A DNA stretch of 63,840 nt, counting the filler, from an uncultured Methanosarcinales archaeon (lineage in GTDB: Archaea; Nanobdellota; Nanobdellia; Woesearchaeales; CAYSVS01), in the NCBI GenBank assembly GCA_964434475.1. It is 8 parts of 8 records of this genome, joined end to end, with 100 filler letters (N's around TTAATTAATTAA, not from the genome) between each part and the next. Parts side by side here need not be neighbours in the genome. Positions count along the whole stretch, not along the records: positions 59,157 to 63,840 come from CAYSVS010000078.1; 7 more parts are not named here. One strand, 5' to 3'. Every line of letters starts with the position of its first letter. The stretch's first letter is position 1. The translations under genes and the position numbers were made by a program. The notes beneath the pieces are model-generated. The model worked only from the letters and a program-made list of their open reading frames with translations, made no database searches and was not told where the DNA came from. Below are positions 61,188 to 63,840 of the stretch, piece after piece.

Positions 61188-61714
61188 GATATCACTTCAA
61201 TTGATTTAGCATAGCTGTGTTTCATGCCTTTATGCTTTTTTTCAACATTATCTAAAAATAAATCTATCTCATCTTTTTTTCTTTCTGTAAGGTCCAAATT
61301 TTTGATATTAGCAAAAATATTTAGATCTTTTAACAGGATACTATCAAATATAGTTATATAATTTAAACCTTTGCTTTTATGGTTACTATTAAAAAATAGT
61401 TCAAGGTTATCGTGAATTTTGTCATCCAAACAATGCTCTGTTATTACCTTGTTTATTCTGTTTTTTATAATTATATTCTCTACTTTGTTATCTGTAATTT
61501 TTGTGAAAAATAAATATATTTTTGGATCCTTTATTATTTTTTTGATAAAATATCCAGCAGTATCTCCTATAACAAGTACTCGGTCTCCTTTTGCGATTGG
61601 TTTATTGATTCTTAGTTTTTTTCTCACCTTTTTTTCTAGAACTTCTATAAAGCAATTTCTACATAGATCAGTATTTGGCAAATCTTTGTTTCTATTACAT
61701 CTTCTGCAAATCAT
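61181..61714 (-). CDS. Zn-finger protein resembling a degenerate TtcA/Ncs6/Ctu2 family member
   Basis: CRRC...LCRNCFIEVLEKKVRK, KGDRVLV, HCLDD; no SGGKDS PP-loop. Confidence 0.6.
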   Translation of the reverse strand: MICRRCNRNKDLPNTDLCRNCFIEVLEKKVRKKLRINKPIAKGDRVLVIGDTAGYFIKKIIKDPKIYLFFTKITDNKVENIIIKNRINKVITEHCLDDKIHDNLELFFNSNHKSKGLNYITIFDSILLKDLNIFANIKNLDLTERKKDEIDLFLDNVEKKHKGMKHSYAKSIEVISW

Positions 61715-61888
61715 TTTCTTACTTATTTCTAAACCAAGAATAGGTTTATAAAAATTATGTATTTGCTTTGCTTACATCCCCTTGAAACACCACTAAAGAG
61801 TACTAAATTACGAAACATTTATATATATCTAAATCTTACATTATATAGATATAATACAACAATCACTAATTGTCTATCACCTCTTTTT

Positions 61889-61923
61889 CCCCAGGAAATG
61901 TCTTTCGGGACATTTCCTAGGGG
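61889..61923. other. Strong hairpin AGGAAATGTC-TTTCGG-GACATTTCCT downstream of the protease gene
   Basis: Perfect 10-bp stem extended by CCCC/GGGG; function unknown. Confidence 0.55.
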
Positions 61924-61952
61924 TTTTAATCATTATTGTTGCTTGATAAGGC

Positions 61953-63716
61953 TTATTTTCTCTTTTTAGACAATTTTAAACCTAAAAAAACACCTATGGT
62001 AAGACCAAGAATAAAATATATTGTACTGCTAGATTTTAGTTGAATTTTAGGCATATTTATTTTTTTAGCTGCTGGCTCTTTAAAGTAAATATTAAGATTG
62101 CTTAGCTCTAGAGCGTATTCTCCATAAAGCATGCTTGAGTAATAATCTTTGTCCTCAACCAATTCGTTTGCGTATTCGAAATAACTATAACCAACAATAG
62201 GAAAAACATTGTTCTTGATGTTTTTTGCGATATTTTTTCTTGTTACATTGAGTTTGTTTTTTATGAAGCTATGGTATTTGTCTTTTTTGATGCCTATGAA
62301 ATTTAATATGCTGTTAAGTTGGGCTTTTGATTTGCTCGCTCTAAAGAGACATAGTTCATAATTTTCTTTAGCTTTTTCATCTTTAGCTTTTTCAAGATAT
62401 TCTTTTTGTTCTTTCATATCTGCCATGAAAAGATTAAGGTACTGATATCTTTCTTCAGCCTCTGCAATTTTTTTTGTGCATGATTTTTTCAGCACATCTT
62501 TTTTAAATTCAAATTCTTTGCCTGGCTGTCCTATGAATTTAGCCCAAGATCTAGCACTATATAATCTTTCTTCTGCATAAGCGTAATCTGCATAATGAGT
62601 ATTGTTATTTTTCTTTTTTTCATAAGCGTCTTTTATGCTGTCTTTAGCTTCTGCTAATCTTTCCTTGACTACCATGATTGCCTGAAGATCCGTTATTGTC
62701 TTGTATTTAATGTTGTTTATCTCTTCAGAATACGAGCTTATCTGTTCAGCAAGTGAATCTATATCTGTTTTATTTTTTAACTCCAGCAATAGTTCTTTGT
62801 ATTTTACGTTCGCTCCAAAGCAATAGGATGCTGATGAATAATATTTTTTGTTATCCAATGCCTTGTACCCTTTTTCAGTAAGATTAGATGCAAGCTCTAT
62901 CCTGCTCAGGTTCTTGTCAGCTTTTGCAATATCTTTTAAGCTTTCTGACATTATTTCTTTTTGCAGTTCTTTGCTTTTGCTGCATAAGTTTTCGGCAAGC
63001 TTTTTCATTGTTTCAGAATAACTTTCTTTAATCTCTATTTTATTGATTTCAGGATACTTTTTTCCTGTAAATTCATATATCACTTCATTTATGTCCTTGA
63101 CCTGCACAACTGTTATGTTAAGCTCTTTGCCGTATTCTATAAGGTTTGTCGTGTTTGTTTCATTATCTTCTTCCAGGATGCTTGTTCCTGTAGGGATTAA
63201 AGCTTTTCTTATGCCTTCTTCTGCAGCAGCTTCTATCTTTTCTTTTACTCCTCCCACTGGTCCTATAAATCCTCCTGAATTTATTGTTCCTGTCAATGCA
63301 ATATCTTGGTCATATTCCAGATCATCCAATAATATTATAGTCAATGCTGTGATGGCACTGCTTCCGCTGGGTCCTCCTATAATATGTGTATTTGCACGTA
63401 TTGTATAGAAGAAATCATATCTTTCGCAGTATTTACCTAAAAAATCGCATGCTATCTCTTTCGCGAATCTTGTGCTTATCTGTGTATCCACTTTTGATAA
63501 AGGATATGTGTCTATAAACAATCTTCCTGTGCCTGGAACGATCTCAAGATCGAGGTTTGCTAAGCTGCCTTTTAATTTGTTATCTTCTATTTCACTTACA
63601 GCAAGAAGTTTCATGCTGCCTTTTATCGCAGAACCGAAAGGCAGGATTAAGATAGTTACCAATATGATGAGTGTAATCCTGTTTTTTACATTAATCTTTG
63701 ATTTTTTTTTAATCAT
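61953..63716 (-). CDS. Archaeal ATP-independent S16 (Lon-C) serine protease, COG1750-like
   Basis: IGGPSGS catalytic Ser, ALTGTINSGGFIGPVGGVKEKIEAA catalytic Lys; signal peptide and C-terminal TM. Confidence 0.9.
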   Translation of the reverse strand: MIKKKSKINVKNRITLIILVTILILPFGSAIKGSMKLLAVSEIEDNKLKGSLANLDLEIVPGTGRLFIDTYPLSKVDTQISTRFAKEIACDFLGKYCERYDFFYTIRANTHIIGGPSGSSAITALTIILLDDLEYDQDIALTGTINSGGFIGPVGGVKEKIEAAAEEGIRKALIPTGTSILEEDNETNTTNLIEYGKELNITVVQVKDINEVIYEFTGKKYPEINKIEIKESYSETMKKLAENLCSKSKELQKEIMSESLKDIAKADKNLSRIELASNLTEKGYKALDNKKYYSSASYCFGANVKYKELLLELKNKTDIDSLAEQISSYSEEINNIKYKTITDLQAIMVVKERLAEAKDSIKDAYEKKKNNNTHYADYAYAEERLYSARSWAKFIGQPGKEFEFKKDVLKKSCTKKIAEAEERYQYLNLFMADMKEQKEYLEKAKDEKAKENYELCLFRASKSKAQLNSILNFIGIKKDKYHSFIKNKLNVTRKNIAKNIKNNVFPIVGYSYFEYANELVEDKDYYSSMLYGEYALELSNLNIYFKEPAAKKINMPKIQLKSSSTIYFILGLTIGVFLGLKLSKKRK

Positions 63717-63840
63717 TTTTTTATAGTTAATTTTATTTTTTCAGATATATATTCCTATAACTGTTATTTAAATCTTGCCAATTATCGATGATGGGTCTTT
63801 GTTCTGGCTTTTTAAAAAATAACAAAAACGCTTCCTATGG

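Overview
This is not one continuous locus. It is eight AT-rich contigs of a DPANN-type archaeon (Woesearchaeota-like; inferred from archaeal EF-2, L7Ae, S28e and L24e, TATA boxes and GGTGA/GGAGG ribosome-binding sites). The contigs are joined by artificial N-TTAATTAATTAA-N linkers (8887-8986, 17823-17922, 26665-26764, 34887-34986, 43041-43140, 51082-51181, 59057-59156), and there are two internal N gaps (12363-12462, 45558-45657). Content: (1) a Fur/PerR-led oxidative-stress and DNA-repair cluster; (2) an L7Ae-S28e-L24e-ndk-EF-2 operon whose leader carries two tandem kink-turns; (3) an unusual putative lipid-modifying cluster with a radical SAM enzyme, a paralogous membrane-protein pair, a rifampin-phosphotransferase-like kinase, a GNAT, an acyltransferase-radical SAM fusion and a UbiA-like fragment; (4) a bacterial-type fabF-gpsA-G3P acyltransferase operon; (5) large Ig-like surface proteins; (6) an accessory contig punctuated by attC-like repeats, with a metallopeptidase gene split by an amber codon; (7) a GILT/DsbA-like protein, rlmH, a B12-radical SAM trio and an ElaB/YqjD-like pair; (8) PLD, an ICMT/PEMT-family methyltransferase and an S16 protease. 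Most contig ends carry termini of three multicopy IS-like elements. An 8-bp target duplication indicates that the contig ending at 34886 and the contig starting at 59157 are neighbours in the genome. All assignments come from motif recognition by eye; no searches were run.
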